From Hormiphora californensis (taxonomy: Eukaryota > Animalia > Ctenophora), in NCBI GenBank assembly GCA_020137815.1, contig CM035350.1:2790001-2854000 (forward strand): a stretch of DNA of 64,000 bases, in the 5' to 3' direction. The translations under genes and the position numbers were made by a program. Within the stretch, counting starts at the first letter, position 1; each line of letters starts with the position of its first letter. The notes below the pieces were generated by a model. It made no database searches. It was not told the origin of the DNA and saw only the letters and a list, made by a program, of their open reading frames with translations. Positions 13,049-39,370 of this stretch are shown in pieces.

Positions 13049-14673
13049 ACCTCATGTGCACACCCCTCCAACTTGGAGGGTGAGATTCCTTCCCACGCCC
13101 TTGAGATGCAGGCCGCGGCTAATGTCTACTTTTTTAGATAGCAATAGTGTCCTACAGACCAGGCAGGGAATCTTCAGGGGTGACCCGGCATACCCCGGGG
13201 TAAACCATGAAGCTCTTGAACTGCCTGGAGCATCTCACATACCACTCCAAGGAAACAGAGCTGCCCTCCTTGGGTGGTGTGTTTTTCTCTCTTCCTTTCT
13301 CTAATCCGCTCATGACTCATCTCTCTCTGAATAGAGATACCCCCCGGCCGGTATTACACCATCTCCCCAGCCTTGTGCACTGGGCCAAAGTAGATGGCTA
13401 AATACCGGCCAAAACCCGTCCTCCAGCAAAAGTCCAGGCTGGAGGAGGTCTAATCTCAACTGGCCCCCCTCTACCTTCTGTCCACCTAGCCTCTGGACAG
13501 GTATAAAAGGTCTAACAAGCTAGGTCATAACTGGCTAGCTACCACCGACTCTCGGCAAAATTCCCACGCCGAGGTCGAGATAAACTCAAGGGGTGTTTCC
13601 GTAGCCCAACAGGGAGAAACTACACTAACCAGTAGCCTCGCTACTACCTACGCTTCTTCAAAAGTCCATGAGAAGCGTAGGAGTTTCCCAAATGGCGATT
13701 ACCCCCCAAACGATGAAGGTAACAAACCAACATCATCACTCTCTACCAACAAACAAGCCTCCACAAAAACCTGATCAACAAACAGAACAAATCACTATCC
13801 CATGCTACAAAACAAATTTCTATGAGTGACACACATAGATACCTAACCCACTAAACATTTCACACGCCAGAGTTCCGTTAATTGGGAAGGAACCTGCCCT
13901 AACTACCCCATGAACGGCCGGACGCTGCATCTGCATCACGAACAAAAAGTGATGTTCCTTGAACCCGCATGGAGTACTGATTACAAATCAGAGGTTGGCA
14001 GCGCAAAATCTACAAAGGTGCCATGGTCAATGGAGCGTCCGAATTGTCCTAGCCAAGGCCACATCTAAAGCGATCAATGCTGAGATGCCACTCACCAAGG
14101 ATCGCTGGAGATATCCGAGACTGGCACAATGTGAAAACAGTGCTGGTGCGGTCCTTTTCATGGGACCTGTCAAGGCAGTTATGGGAGACGATTCCACCCT
14201 TATCTCCAAAACCATGGACACAAGACGGAGGAAGAAAACTCTCCCGGGGGAAAGAGGAAACTCTGGAACCTGAGCTCCGTCCTTCTCGGGCGTGAGGAAC
14301 TGGCTGCCGGACGGGATAAAATCACAAGTAGAGGATTGGAAGCGGAGGCGCATACAACAACAACAACAACAACCCCTCCAACTTATAAGGGTTCTGCAGC
14401 GTATGCCAAGTTCGCGCATCGCATGGGCAACTTCTGGCCCAGGTTTTTGTAAAAACGGGTTAAGGCTGCACGCTAGGGTCTGGACTTGGTTAAAAAACAA
14501 AGGATTGAGAGACGTGTTAATAGAAATAGCATGTAATGCCGCTTTAGAAGCCTTACTAGTGGTGGGGGCGTTGCTTCGATTGACCGACCAATCAAAACGG
14601 CGTTCGCCTAGCACTAACAATGCGTATGCCCAAAAGCGGGATATAAATTATGATTATATTTGTATTGCCCATG

Positions 14674-14939
14674 TAAAGTCGGATTTTTTGAAACTGTCAC
14701 CCCCTGGGTGGCACACGAGTTTTTATTAGCGCGTCGGAAACTTGTTTTCGCTCTCACGTCTTTGTTTCTTGACCAATTTGGTCAAACCAAAGTTTTACGG
14801 ACTCACGAAATTATGCTCTTTCCGATAATATGCGGTTTTTTGCCGAAAAGTGAGAAAAATTGGGGGCTGTCACGCGCAAATACGACGCTGCACGTGAAAA
14901 GGGGGGGGGGGGGCGACAGTTTCAAAAAATCCTACTTTA
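14674..14939. mobile_element. MITE, TAAAGTCGGATTTTTTGAA family, copy 1
   Basis: TIRs taaagtcggattttttgaaactgtcacccc / ggggcgacagtttcaaaaaatcctacttta; related copies at 29682 and 61750. Confidence 0.85.
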
Positions 14940-15139
14940 AGGGGCAAATAGATGAACCCAATAAATCTCCCAAGCAGTGATTTTATTCAAATTCCAGGCT
15001 GCAATCAAAGCCTAGCTTAATGCAGCGCAGAGGAAATTGCTAATCGTTGTTTAAGGCCATGTCGGATAGTGCCTAGTGGCCAGTGGGTATTTTGTTTAGA
15101 GTTTGCAGTTACTAACAAGTGTTTCAAATGTACTAGGAG

Positions 15140-17552
15140 ATGCAAAGTGGGACCTCGTCTCACCTGGCTATACAGGACCTTACTACACTTGATGTCACCA
15201 AGCTAACACCCCTTACTCCGGAGGTAGGTATTTTGTCTGTCTTTCTAACCGTCTTTTTATTGCTCGTTTAGAGTGTTGATGTTCTAGACCATGTTTAGAA
15301 TTAAATTTCCTCGATAAAAAATGTAGTGCTGTGCATGTTTTTATGTTTTTATTAATCAAGTGATTTATTCATTTTAGGTAATCAGCCGGCAAGCTACAAT
15401 AAATATTGGTACTATTGGCCATGTAGCTCACGGGAAATCTACACTCGTGAAGGCGATCAGTGGAGTACAGACTGTACGATTCAAGAACGAACTGCAGAAA
15501 AACATTACCATCAAATTAGGGTTAGTGACTAGTGTAGATCTCTTCTTCTATTCATTCTATCCTCTTTTTCTCTTCTATCAACTTATAAATCTTGTTTCTC
15601 TCTCTTTTTCCTATGATCTTTCTCTCCTCCTTATATCCATTCTTCTCGTGTTCATTGTAACAGACTGGAGTGCTCAAGGTCTCGTGACTAGAGGAACAGT
15701 TTAGAATTGCCACATGAAGCTTGTTTGTTACTTGTTCCCTCACGTGATCGCAGTTAGCGACTCAATACCAACTTTGATAGTTCATTGGTTCTCTGTTGAA
15801 AGTATTTCCTCTCACCAGATATCTTGTTTTCTTGTTTGTTTCGTTCATACTTTACAAGCTGCTCAAGTAACCTGGTATTTACTGTGCATTACATTCGATA
15901 ACATGATGCTACTCCGCACTGAGATGCTCCTACCATTTCTTGTCCTTCTGGGAGCGTGTTATGCAGGTACAGTCGCACCCCTTATCTACCGGCCCCCTTA
16001 TTTACTGGCCCCCGATCGTATAATTGGGTTCCGATTATTAAAAACATGAATGTAACGTGATAACATTCTAAACTCCTTCCAGGAACTGTGACCGTTGAGA
16101 ACTTTGCTCTTGAATCGGCCAATTTTACCACTCACAATGGTACTACCTTTATCAAGAGCTACCTACAATTGGAGTTTGAAAACGGCACTCAAGGTCGGAT
16201 GTGTCGGCGATCAAACTACTACAACTACTATGGTTATCGGTACTCCTCACTACCCGATTACTTGCTCGAAGAAATCTGTGAGGACAACGGTTACTCAACG
16301 GCTGCTTACTTAGGTTACACTTATGGGTCTTATGGGTCCGAATCCTGGATAGACACATTCGTTGTCAAAGGTTGTGGCCAATACGATATCGCCGGAAGCA
16401 CTGTGTCAGCCTGCTTGGATGCTTTTACAACTGTAAAGGGCTGTCGTGACTCCTTCATAATCGGCTGTGGCTGTGGCCCTGGAGAAAACGTGACCCTAGG
16501 AGGGTGCAATCCATGTCCAGTGAACATGTTCAGCCACGCTGGGGTCTGTGAACCCTGCGGGGTGGGGGAATCCGCACCTGAGGGTTCCTCTGAGTGTGAT
16601 TGTCCCCCAGGGACTGCCCGAGGGGAGGATGGGCGATGTTTGCCATGTTACGCTCTCTGGTACGGAGAGGATGGTGTCTGTAAAAGATGTCCCGATGACA
16701 GTGAGGACTGGGGTGCCGGGATGGGAAGGTGTGAGTGTGGGGAGGGAAAGTACTGGGACAGGATCGAGAACAGCTGCATAGAAGGAACTGAGGACGAGAC
16801 AGAGAAACCAGATGATGAGCCAACTGACGACTCGACAATAATTGATGATCATGATGCTGATAAACACAATTGTTCGAGGGTGATGGATGAAGACACCAAG
16901 GACAACTCTACAGGAGGACAAGGAAACCAAAAACAACACATCAGGAATAGGAGATGGTACCACAGAGGATAAAGAGGGGCAAAATGAAGGAGACGGGTCG
17001 ATCGATAACGGAGGAGGTAGGGAAAGAGAAGCAGGATTCCAGCCAATTCTCATGGAAAGAATGGTTAGTTGTTGGGGCTACTCTTGTCGTGGCAGTTGGT
17101 TTGGTTCTGCTGGCGATGGTAGCTGTGCTACGGAGGGGCACCCCTAGCAACGTCATCGTAACATCAAGTAGAATTGTTGAGGATGCTGTCGTTATGGATA
17201 CGGTAGAAGAGGAACGGTACGGAATTCCGCAGGGACAGGAAGTGGAACTACCGGAATTCAGCACCCTCACCTTGTAAAGAACACATGTAACTGAACTCGA
17301 GATATAGACTGTAAGCTGCAGTAGATTGTTAGAATGTGAGTGTGGACATATTTTGGATTGTTTGTTAGCATTAAAGTAATGCCGTGTAGTTTGTAGATAA
17401 ATAAAGTTTCTTAAAACATATACGTGTTTTAATTGTTGGGATTTGAAGATGCTATGGCAAGGAAGTATGTTAAGGTCAAAGAGATGTAAAAAAGACTCAA
17501 TCATCCTATAACTTTCTCTGTCACTCACTCTCTTTCTCCCTCCCTCTCTCCC

Positions 17553-17633
<81 letters not shown>

Positions 17634-19282
17634 CTATCTCTACCTCTCTCTCACTCCAGGTATGCTAACGCTAAGATCTACAAGTGCGACAACCCGAAGT
17701 GTCCTCGGCCAGACTGCTACAGGTCGGCGTCCAGTAACAAGGAAGACATCTTCCCCTGTGATAGGCTCGGCTGTACGGGCAAGTTCCAGCTTCTCCGACA
17801 TGTCAGCTTTGTAGATTGTCCTGGTCACGACATTCTTATGGCGACCATGCTGAACGGAGCTGCTATCATGGACGCAGCACTTCTCCTCATTGCAGGTACA
17901 TAAGTTAGGGGCTGTTTGCATTTGAGTGTGAAATTTTGGGTGCGAGGTATGGGGGGCATGTTTCAGAGGGACATGTTTTAGTGGTGTATCAAAATGACAA
18001 TCGTTGCCCCATCTCTGACAGGCAACGAGACATGCCCTCAGCCGCAAACCTCCGAACACATGGCGGCTATTGATGTCATGGGTCTGAAGCACATTCTAAT
18101 TGTTCAAAACAAGATCGATTTGATCCGAGAACAGCAGGCCTTGGACCAGTTTAAACAGATTACCGAGTTCAAAATGGGAACCAATGCTGCCAACGCCCCC
18201 ATTGTACCCATATCCGCTCAGCTGAAATACAACATCGAGGTCATCTCGGAATACATTGTCAAAAAGATTCCCCTCCCCATTCGTGATTTCACCTCTGAAC
18301 CAAGGTAATATATTACTAATCACTGGTCCATGATCACACTTAGACCCATTCTTCTGATGCCCCTTTTTAACATTTGTGTCCTCAGGCTTATTGTTATCCG
18401 GTCGTTCGATGTGAATAAACCCGGAAGTGAGGTTGAAAGTCTCAAAGGTGGCGTGGCTGGTGGCTCTCTCTTGAAGGGTGTCCTACGAGTAGGCCAGGAA
18501 ATCGAGGTTGGTAGAAAAACAAACAGGCTGCAATGTGCTTTCTCCTTTTAAATTGGCCGTGTGCAGTTTTTGTATCAGTTTTTTAGTTAGTTATGTGCTG
18601 AATATATCTACTGGTTAATTTAAAACTCAAATTCATAACAGGTTCGTCCTGGTATCACTACTAAAAATGCGGATGGTTCTCTGCACTGCAAACCCATTAA
18701 ATCCAGAGTCCTTACAATGTATACGGAAGGTAACGATCTCCAATTTGCTGTTCCCGGTGGATTAATTGGTGTTGGAACGAAGATCGAACCGACTCTTTGC
18801 ATTGCTGATCGATTAGTTGGGCAGGTGAGTGTTCAGATGTGTGTGATTGTTCAGATGTTTTGATCACTTTAGTAAATCGTAATACTGCGAGTTCTTCGGT
18901 TTACAATTCTTTGCTTCAGGTGATTGGTTCAGAAGGATCGTTACCACCTATTTACTATCAAATTGAAATCCAGTACCACTTAATGAGGCGATTACTGGGT
19001 GTTCGATCGGAAGGAAAGGCAAAGGGAGCAAAGATCACTGATTTGTCCAAGAATGAAGTACTGCTAGTGAATATCGGATCGTTGTCAGCGGGAGGCCGAG
19101 TTACTGCGACCAAGGATATGAAAAGCAGATCAGGAGAGATTGAGAAGCGAGCCAAGATCGTACTGAATAACGCCGTGTGTACTGAAGTGAAGGAAAAGAT
19201 CGCCATCAGCAGGAAAATCAACAAGCACTGGCGACTTATCGGATGGGGTGAAATCAAGGGAGGAATGAAAATGGCGATTTGA
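15140..19282 (+). CDS. EIF2S3: Translation initiation factor eIF2 gamma subunit
   Basis: Exons 15140-15223, 15378-15520, 17660-17895, 18022-18304, 18386-18506, 18642-18824, 18920-19282; [57 protein letters not shown]. Confidence 0.97.
15903..17277 (+). CDS. Type I membrane protein (signal peptide, SRCR-like domain, Cys-rich GCC2/3-like repeats, acidic stalk, TM, short tail) nested in eIF2-gamma intron 2 on the same strand
   Basis: Exon 15903-15966 [22 protein letters not shown]; exon from 16083; C-x2-C-P repeats; [25 protein letters not shown] then RRG; tail ends FSTLTL*; two apparent frameshifts at ~16910 and ~17020. Confidence 0.8.
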
Positions 19283-19851
19283 GGATTTTGAGTTTTTTTT
19301 TATCGATTGACGATTTGCTAATTGATTGGCATTTCTGTAATATGTGTTTCGTTTCTTTTTGCATAATTCGAAATGTCGCATTTTGGCCAAACTTGGTAAG
19401 TGCCGCCTGTCTCTCGCCTCAGTCACACAATTTGAAACATAGAGACAGAGCGCGCGAGGGCTCGCTTGAATGAAAAGTATCCTCGTTTTCGCGCACACCT
19501 ATGGTCCGTGCAATTGCAAATGCGACATTTCGAAACCATCTCATCTCCTTCGATAACCATCGAGGAAATTAGTTTCGCACCTTGATCTGCGAAACCGGCA
19601 AACAAAAGGCCATTTATCACTTCGTACGGTTGCGAGGTTGCTCATTGGCCAGTGCAAGTTTTGATGAAGGAGTATACAAATGTGATGTGAAATCGGAGTT
19701 TGTTGTGCATGTCACTTGTCACGTTTCTTGCATGTTAAACCATTAAAACACCGAGCAAATACGAATTTGTTGTGATTTGTTTTGGTCGAGTTGTCCTGTC
19801 TTGTGCTCTTCGTCAAAATATGACCTGAAACTTTAGTCCATAATCGTCAAG

Positions 19852-21259
19852 ATGGATTTTCTGCTGTGTAAGTTCCACTTTTTAGTTGCCAGGTTAGACT
19901 GTTTGTACAAAACAACTTTTTAGTTGTACTTGTAGTGAATGAAGTTGTACCTACTCAAATTCTCGAAACGTCTCGCCAGTTTTGTCACTTTGTCAGTCAT
20001 CTGTGTATTTTGTCTTCCCTATCGTCTTCTATTTTCGTGCAGGTGGATGTAGAAAGGATAAGAAAAGGAGGGATAAATACGAGAGTGAAAAGGGATTGGC
20101 AAATCATGGATTTGAAAAAAGCACTACTTCGAGTATCAAGGGTACAGGTAGTCACAGTGAATCAGGAGATAAAGATATACCAAAGACCATTTATGTGAAT
20201 CTTTTGCCACTGTGGAAAGGGCAACAAAAACAGGGTGTTCGATACGCACCGTCAATTTTAAATTCCATGGTAAACGAAGCTTCCAACTCGGACAAGCGAC
20301 TCGTGACATGTTTCTATAAAGATGATGACCTGAACAAGGTGTCCGGGGGTCAGAATGAAGAGGCAGCATATCTCGCTCACATGAACAAACTGACCAGGAA
20401 ATTGTCACAAAATCTGACCGATTACAAGTCAGGTGACACCGTCCTAAACTTTGGCGGAGATCACTCCGTATCGATGGCGACGATTCAGAAAATGTACCAT
20501 ATTTATCCTGATTTGAGGGTTATCTGGATTGACGCTCATGCAGACATCAATTCTCCCACTACCAGCCCCTCAGGTATGTACTAGTAACACTTGCAACCTA
20601 GAAACATCATTTTGTGAACCTGTTCACACTATGTTAATACACTACCACAGGTAATTTCCACGGTATGCCAGTGTTCTACATCAGCGACCTGACCGACATC
20701 CACCGGTTTTCAACACAGATAGCCCTTGAGAATATCGCCTATTTTGGGGTCCGAGATGTTGACGTGGAGGAGATAAGGGTGATGAAAAACAACGAAATGA
20801 CAAACATCACAAGAGCCGAGATCATCCGAAGAGGTAAATTAGGACTGGGAGTGAGATTAGGTTTAGGAAAGCTCTGTCTAGACAAAACTTTCCTAGACCC
20901 AGACAGTGCGCTCAGATAGGGTCGGCCAACATTTTAAACCCTCTCACAAACATTCATCCCACACAGGTTCAAGTACAGTTCTTAGCGAACTCATCGAGGA
21001 AAAGGAACTGTACAAACACCCCGTACATATTTCTTTCGACATTGATGCCATTGACCCAACTGAATGTCCGAGCACCGGAACTACAGCAGATGACGGAGTA
21101 AAAACGGCAGATGTTGTAAAACTTATCAAGAAGATCAAGGAAACGGGAAACCTTGTTTCAATGGATATTGTCGAGTTTAATCCATTGGTTGGATCGGATT
21201 CCGATGTGGAAACGACAGTCAAGTCAATCATGAAAATTATGAAGGAGATTGTGAGTTGA
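19852..21259 (+). CDS. ARG: Arginase (ureohydrolase family) with an N-terminal extension
   Basis: Exons 19852-19867 (tentative), 19980-20573, 20651-20833, 20967-21259; Mn-binding and catalytic motifs GGDHS, DAHADINSP, SGNFHGMPV, SFDIDAIDP, VEFNP are all intact. Confidence 0.92.
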
Positions 21260-21679
21260 GTTGTGAAGGAGAGAAAAGTGTAAAACAACTGTCTAACAAT
21301 TTTAACAAATTAAAATCTACAGATAAGAAAAAAGTGAAGAGATACTATCTACGAGATGATCTAGATTCTAGAACAAATTTTAAGATTAAAACTTTGCCTT
21401 TTACTTTTAACGACATAAAATATGGGCCGTCAACGATGTCTTTTTGGAGATTTTACTCACACAGTTTTTCGGTACAATTTGCTCTATCTATTAGAGTTAG
21501 TAATTATTGTAAATTAAACACAATTAATCAATGCTGTCATTCCTCCGTGGCCGTTTTCCTCACTTTATTTAAATTTCAGTCGGTTCAGAGTGATCCATGT
21601 GTTTCTTGAGAGATTTTCCCAGATGTTGTACCTGTAACATAATTGCACATTTTAGCTCCCATGTTATTTAGCTCATGCC

Positions 21680-23170
21680 ATGTCAAGATGGCTACTGCCC
21701 TTCCTAACCCTTCTTATCACCACACACGGACGGACATACAAAGATAGATTTTATTTTGACGTTTACGAGGGGAACACCCCTGGACAACTTGTCGAGGTTC
21801 AAAAGCGGAGTTTTCTATACACAGAGGAGGGGACGTTACAGGTGACACTACAATGTTCGAACATCCTAAATGAGAACTGGGGTGCTAGGGGACCTGTGTT
21901 CAATGTTTTTCTCTGTGATGAGACACCCCGTACCAACTGGCTGTATCTCTACCCCATATGGGGGATGTGTTTTAATGGTGAACACCCCTACCACCACTGT
22001 ACCATCTCATCTCTCACCCAAACAACTGCCGACACGTGGACACTCAATACTACTGTTGCCAAGGGAACCGGTTTGGTTGCCAGGATACGGCCCTGTCCCA
22101 TCTACTCAGGGTCCTTCAGTTCCGGCCCAGATGTAAGTGTTGCCAAGGTGGACTGTCTGTATACGGGCATAATGATGAACGGAGATAAGAGGCTCTCCGG
22201 AGATGAGACATGGAACCCACTTCTATTTGCCTGTCTCACCGTCATATACGGGGCTCTCACTGCCAAGGCCGTCTATGAGATTGTTCGACATTGGAACTAT
22301 TTTATCCGGTGCAGTATCTATGTTTACTGTCTACTTTTCTGCAAGTTTGGCTACGTGCTTTGCGGTTTATTTTACTACAACTTCATTCTGCGAACAGGGG
22401 ACACTTGGAAGGGTTACCAAGACTGGGAGTTCCTACTAGCTATGACTCTGGCGGGTAAATTCACAGCATACTACATCAGTCTCTTCATGATTGCGTCAGG
22501 CTATTGTATCTACAACTCAACCCCTTTATTTGAAGAGCGGACTGTTGCAGTCAGTGCCACCGTTCTCTTTACAGCCTTCTTCTATCTTTTTATCATTAAC
22601 GATAGCTATGTAGAGGTGCCAATGGTTGTCATCCTATCAGCCGCATATGCTGCAATCCTAGCACTCTTCTGGGCATTCCACTTCAAGAGGTTACTTCTGG
22701 TGAGGTATGAGTTTCACGGGGTCGAGGAGAGAGAGGGAGGAGCATGCGTTGCCCGGCAACAAGTCAACATGAAGGAAATTCTAGTTGGCCTCGCATTTGG
22801 CGAAATCATCGCCTTCTTGATCTTTATAATCGTCTTTGAGTTCTTCCACGCTGAAAACTACCCCATACCCGGTTCTACTGGAGTTATGGTTGTGGAGAGT
22901 CTGGATTTCCTTATAATCGCACCCCTGGTCCTCTTGTTCAACACCCGGGACCTGTCAAAGTTCTACCCAACACCACCACCCCCTCCCATAATCCATATCA
23001 TCAAGACCCCTGGAGAGGGTATGAAGATCTCAATAGCACCCGGTGACTCCTCGGCCGCAAAGTTATTCGTGGAAGAGGAGGAAAGTGATCATGTTCAGGT
23101 TCTTCCCTTTTTCTTCCCGGACACAAGTTTTACCATCTCTGATGACGATCACGAGGACGATGAATTGTGA
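21680..23170 (+). CDS. Intronless protein with signal peptide, luminal domain and 7TM, GOST-family-like (GPR107/108, TMEM87, TMEM145/GPR180)
   Basis: 496-aa single ORF; signal peptide; ~160-aa Cys-containing luminal domain; seven hydrophobic helices incl. LFMIASGYCIY; Pro-rich then acidic C-tail. Family assignment is by topology only. Confidence 0.75.
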   Translation: MSRWLLPFLTLLITTHGRTYKDRFYFDVYEGNTPGQLVEVQKRSFLYTEEGTLQVTLQCSNILNENWGARGPVFNVFLCDETPRTNWLYLYPIWGMCFNGEHPYHHCTISSLTQTTADTWTLNTTVAKGTGLVARIRPCPIYSGSFSSGPDVSVAKVDCLYTGIMMNGDKRLSGDETWNPLLFACLTVIYGALTAKAVYEIVRHWNYFIRCSIYVYCLLFCKFGYVLCGLFYYNFILRTGDTWKGYQDWEFLLAMTLAGKFTAYYISLFMIASGYCIYNSTPLFEERTVAVSATVLFTAFFYLFIINDSYVEVPMVVILSAAYAAILALFWAFHFKRLLLVRYEFHGVEEREGGACVARQQVNMKEILVGLAFGEIIAFLIFIIVFEFFHAENYPIPGSTGVMVVESLDFLIIAPLVLLFNTRDLSKFYPTPPPPPIIHIIKTPGEGMKISIAPGDSSAAKLFVEEEESDHVQVLPFFFPDTSFTISDDDHEDDEL

Positions 23171-23725
23171 TACTTTTTGTAATGTTTTATGAGTTTTATC
23201 TATCTTATCTATCTTATTGTATTTCATGGTTGTAGATGCCTAATTTTATTTCACCAAGCTCAAAAAACTCGCTGTTTGATGTGTTCTACTATAGATGATG
23301 AGAGAAAAGAAGAGGTCTAGCCACTATGTCAAATTAAGCTACACCATATGCATATGCAATATCATATTGTGTCTCGCTGTTTCTCCATCCTTCTCTCTCA
23401 GTCTCCCTTTTATTCTCGTTCTCTTCATTTACGTCCCCGTCTTCAGTTATGTCTCTTTCAATGCAATAAAATGAGCTAATTTGCAAAGAGAATCCTGAAC
23501 ATTGTGATAAATCGTGATATATCGGTCGACTTATGTATCTAGTGACTGATATTAATAGTTATTTAAAGAGAGAGGGAGATCAGAGAATGAGAGGATAGAA
23601 AGATGGGTAGATAGAGAGACTCTTGCTGTATCTATCCATCTTTCTATCCTTTCTGAGAGAGGGTTTGATACACATCACTACTTGATGTGGAGAGATTAAA
23701 TGTATCATTTATCTATCACATGTGA

Positions 23726-37066
<13,341 letters not shown>

Positions 37067-37819
37067 GGCTACTACTGGGATGGTGTTAGAGATAAAGAGA
37101 GGGGGGTGGGAGAGTGGTTTTGGTTGTGGTGTTTCAGTGTGTGGTGTTCCAGTGTGAGGTGTTTAATTTCGTGTTATTACACACTATAGTTGAATGAATA
37201 GATCGAAGTTAAATCTAGCAACCTGTTCTAGATCTAAGCAATATATTATCCCGAGTAGGGCATTACAGAAAAGAGAGAGCTAGATAGATTTGAGATCTGT
37301 CAAGAGGAGATAGAGAGCAGTACAAGAGAGAGGGAGAATGAAGATAGTACATGAATTATAGTAGTGTAGACAGCTCAACAATACCATTGTGTACTAGCTA
37401 CTACGTTAGAAGGAGCAGAATAAACAGTTGAACAAACTATGCATGTGTGTGTGTGTGAGTAACAACACGACTCACGAGGCAAAACACATTTGTGACGTTA
37501 GGAGTGGGGGTGGGAGGGGTATTCGGTATCACATTTCTAGAGAAACGCAGCTGTATGATCTAACTGTAAAAAACGTCACAAGTCACATTACTCAACAGGG
37601 AGATTTAAAATAACACATTCAATGGACACATATCTGGGTAAAAAGAACTTCAAGAGAGATATAACTTATAAACTTGTAACTTTAAACTTATATAAACTTG
37701 TAAAATGTAACCTGAATTTTTATTTGACATCGGAAACCCCAACGCCAATAGAGTTGTATTGTTCAAATGATTATGTTTGTAACACAAAAGAAGAGTTATA
37801 AATGCTTCAACATGATGAT

Positions 37820-39302
37820 TTATTGTACCCAATTTCTTGATCGTTTCACAGCCTCCTTCCATCTCCCCATCCTCTCCTTCCTTTTATCCTCTCCTACTAC
37901 CCCACTAAACCTCCTCTCTTCGCTCTCCTCCCCTCCTGCCGTCCACACTCCCAACGTTTTAGCCGCCATGATACCAGCACCCAGAGCAGTCGCCTCAGCA
38001 GTCCTAGACTCCACCGTCTTCCCTAGAATGTCAGCCTGCATAGCAAGGAATGATTGGTTGTATGTCATGCCCCCATCCACCCTCAAACAAGTTAGAGGTG
38101 TTCCACTGTCCGCCTCCATGCTCTCTACTATCTCAGCCACCTGAAAACACACCGCCTCTAGAGCCGCCCTAGCAACATGGGCCCTTGTTGAGTAGGCCGT
38201 TATACCGATAATGAGACCCCTAGCCGTGGGGTCCCAATATGGAGCATAGAGGCCACTGAACGCAGGCACAAAGTATAGATCATGTACATCATCAACAGAG
38301 TTACTGAGACTCTCAACCTCTGAGCTGCTAGATATGATTCCCAAACTATCTCTCAACCACCGTACCACCTCCCCTCCAATAGCCACTGCACCCTCCAGTG
38401 CATACACAGCCCCCTCCCCTTTTATTTGGTAGGCGACAGTAGTTAGTAGGCCGTGTTTTGATTGGATTATATCTGGCCCTGTGTTAGATAACATGAAACA
38501 CCCTGTCCCATAAGTACACTTAGCCTGCCCAACTTGGAGACACTGTTGACCGTACAGTGCTGCTTGTTGGTCTCCCAGAACACCCGCTATAGGTTTACCC
38601 TTCAGTTTACCCACTGCTATCTCACCATACACCTCACCACTACTCCTAATCTCAGGCAGCATGGACAGGGGGATACCAAAAAACTGGCACATTCCATCAT
38701 CCCACTGCAGTGTTTTCAGGTTCATTAACATGGTGCGAGATGCGTTAGTGACATCAGTCACGTGCACACCACGAGCAGTCAGGTTCCAGATCAGCCAGGA
38801 GTCGACTGTACCAAATATGACGTCACTTCCTGAGGCCTCGGGAACGTTATCAAGTAACCAGCGGAGTTTTACCGCACTAAAATAGGGCGATATGGGTAGC
38901 CCGACAATGCCTGCAAAGTGGTTCGCTGACTTGGTTGGAGTTGCGTCAGTTAACTTCTTGACAGTTTCGTTGGTTCTGTTATCTAGCCATACAATGGCGT
39001 TGTAAAGTGGTTTCCCAGTGTTCTTATCCCATACCAGAGTTGTTTCACGCTGGTTTGTGATGCCTACCCCCGAGATACTCGGTCATATCCACTCCATCAG
39101 CTACTGCCTTGTCCACTACCGCATCAATACACTCATACGTGGTGTCAAGAATTAACTGGGGACAGATTTCAGCCCACCCCTCGTTAGGATATAGGTTGGG
39201 GAGCGGTACATTGTGCTCGTGTAAGATTTCCCCGCTAGTACAATCGATTAAAACCGCTCTTGAGCTTGAGGTACCTTGGTCAACGGCGAGTACAAAGCTC
39301 AT
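37820..39302 (-). CDS. GK: Glycerol kinase, intronless (one frameshift near 39075)
   Basis: LAVDQGTSSSR, GITNQRETT, DVTNASRT, LGDQQAAL, AKCTYGTGCF, FSGLYAPYW, LRVDGG, EATALGA. Confidence 0.95.
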
Positions 39303-39370
39303 ACTACCTGTTACGATAATATTTTATTATAGTACGCGTGTCTTAACATCAAAAATCAGCTTCGAACTTC

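Noticed and set aside
13050-14620. GC-balanced region with short ORFs on both strands, possibly a decayed retroelement
   Set aside because: No RT, integrase, recombinase or transposase motif could be recognised with confidence
39060-39090. Frameshifts in glycerol kinase, ABCG, laminin, Ig-lectin and SRCR genes read as programmed frameshifting or pseudogenisation
   Set aside because: Scattered single-base indels in otherwise intact conserved genes, with no shared slippery site; best explained by consensus errors
37820-39302. Intronless glycerol kinase as a horizontal transfer from bacteria
   Set aside because: Several other genes here are intronless or intron-poor, and nothing visible separates bacterial from eukaryotic origin; a phylogeny is needed
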